Below, piece after piece: positions 23,011 through 24,000 of a DNA stretch of 24,000 nucleotides (position 1 is its first letter; each line of letters starts with the position of its first letter). The stretch is taken from the NCBI GenBank assembly GCA_003116855.1, contig BEWT01000012.1, forward strand, positions 4,513 through 28,512. The letters are read 5' to 3'. The notes below the pieces were generated by a model. It was not told the origin of the DNA, searched no databases, and saw only the letters and a program-made list of their open reading frames with translations. Position numbers and translations under genes: made by a program. The stretch is from Desulfurococcaceae archaeon AG1 (GTDB lineage Archaea > Thermoproteota > Thermoprotei_A > Sulfolobales > AG1).

Positions 23011-24000
23011 GTGCTGGCTGTCTATGAAGCCCTCTGCCCATCCTGTGGAGGTGATATAGACTCCCATAGGCTCTCCATGGGTCTTCCCTGCAGGTCGTGT
23101 TTAGGTATTATAAGCCCTGGTCTCGATATAATCGAGGATCCGTTTGAGAGGGCTAGGGCTATACTAAGCATCACCGGTAGAGGGGGTGACTATGGCTCTA
23201 TAATATCGCAGGAAGAAGATCTCAAGGCGTTTTCGTCTTTTTTCGAGAGGGTTGTTGGGCATAGCATGTGGTCTATACAGAGAGCATGGGCTAGAAGACT
23301 CCTCAAAGGATCAAGCCTTGTTCTCACCGCACCAACGGGGAGTGGTAAGTCCACACTTGTCCAGGCTTACTCGCTCTACATGGCCTCGAAAGGGTATTCT
23401 GTCTACCTTGTAGTCCCCACGAGGGAGCTTCTTAGACAGAGTGTTGATAGGATCTCCAGCATGGCCTCTAGATCTAGTGCGAGGGTTAGGATAGCCTATT
23501 ACGACTCCTCGGCTAAGAAAGATCTGAGGGAGAAGGCTTTAGATGTAATAAGAGCCGGAGAATATGACTTGCTCGCAACAACGTCGAGCATGTTTACAAA
23601 GATCTCTGGGATCCTCTCGGAGAGGAGGTTCGATATAGTGGTTGCAGACGATCTGGACTCGCTTATAAAGAGCTCGAGAAACCTAGAGGGGATCCTCAGC
23701 CTAGTAGGAGTGTCTAGAGAGGAGATAGAACTTGCACTCAAAATAGCCTCAAAGAAATACGAGATAGCCCTGGCAAGAGCCTCGAAAGACCCGGGGGAGC
23801 TTGAAAAAAGCAGGGAAGAGATAGAGGTTCTAAAGGCAGAGCTAGCCCTATCCCTCTCTAGGAAAAGGCTCGGACAGCTCGTGGTTTCAACAGCTACTGG
23901 GAAGAGCTGGGGTCTTAGATCAAAGATCCTGAGGGAGATCCTGGGCTTCGAGGTCGGCGGTATTCTTGAGTATATGAGAAACATTATCGATGCATACACA
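23011..24000 (+). CDS. rgy: Reverse gyrase, N-terminal zinc finger and helicase-like domain (partial, runs off the window)
   Basis: This ORF is not in the supplied track. GTG at 23011 directly follows an in-frame TAG (23008..23010) and opens a frame with no stop to 24000. The translation is VLAVYEALCPSCGG...LPCRSCLG (Zn finger), WSIQRAWARRLLKG, Walker A LTAPTGSGKS, VPTRELLRQ, and motif II IVVADDLDSL. The track's 23499..23999 minus ORF is its antisense shadow. Confidence 0.9.
   Translation, partial: MLAVYEALCPSCGGDIDSHRLSMGLPCRSCLGIISPGLDIIEDPFERARAILSITGRGGDYGSIISQEEDLKAFSSFFERVVGHSMWSIQRAWARRLLKGSSLVLTAPTGSGKSTLVQAYSLYMASKGYSVYLVVPTRELLRQSVDRISSMASRSSARVRIAYYDSSAKKDLREKALDVIRAGEYDLLATTSSMFTKISGILSERRFDIVVADDLDSLIKSSRNLEGILSLVGVSREEIELALKIASKKYEIALARASKDPGELEKSREEIEVLKAELALSLSRKRLGQLVVSTATGKSWGLRSKILREILGFEVGGILEYMRNIIDAYT

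Noticed and set aside
23499-23999. 166-aa minus-strand ORF, the only track ORF in this region
   Set aside because: It is the antisense shadow of the reverse gyrase N-terminal domain. The plus frame from GTG 23011 has the zinc finger, Walker A (APTGSGKS) and DDLD motifs and no stop up to the window end.
1-24000. Search for CRISPR arrays, transposase/integrase genes, inverted terminal repeats, toxin-antitoxin pairs or known defence genes
   Set aside because: I saw no regularly spaced direct repeats of 24-40 nt and no recombinase-like ORFs. Apart from short promoter spacers there is no abrupt compositional island. Gene content is core metabolism and information processing, so I do not claim a mobile element or defence system here.

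Overview
This is a gene-dense chromosomal segment that looks like a hyperthermophilic crenarchaeon. The evidence is a reverse gyrase, archaeal PCNA, RtcB, ribosomal protein S3Ae, CDP-archaeol synthase, a LysW/LysX carrier-protein module, TATA-box/leaderless gene starts, and AGG/AGA/ATA-rich codon usage. About 27 CDS are supported. On the minus strand there is a his operon (hisG-hisD-hisC-hisB-hisH'), rtcB, an M24 peptidase, a Trm112-like protein and a phosphohexomutase. Also on the minus strand are a B12-domain-like radical SAM enzyme, a polyprenol-kinase-like membrane protein, carS, an NSUN m5C methyltransferase plus a PUA protein, an Lrp/LysM-like regulator, an atypical SDR and a membrane-anchored SNase. 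On the plus strand there are PCNA with an Sfm1-like SPOUT methyltransferase, a DUF47 protein, a DUF354 protein, an unknown 458-aa protein, rps3ae, lysW-lysX and the 5' part of reverse gyrase. I found no rRNA, tRNA, CRISPR array, transposase/integrase or recognisable defence genes, so this is mainly housekeeping DNA rather than an accessory island. The leads worth follow-up are listed here. (1) The 458-aa protein resembles an Rnl3-type RNA ligase but has Arg at the adenylatable-Lys position, and it overlaps a DUF354 gene upstream and a radical SAM gene convergently. (2) A co-oriented carS / polyprenol-kinase-like / radical SAM run may be a lipid-modification cluster. (3) hisG, and possibly the DUF47 gene, have conserved N-termini upstream of any in-frame canonical start, with an out-of-frame start one base away. 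(4) GATC is roughly 5-8 fold over-represented in coding DNA. (5) There are several unassigned spacers with hairpins or odd composition. All functional calls rest on motif recognition by eye and memory; no searches were run.
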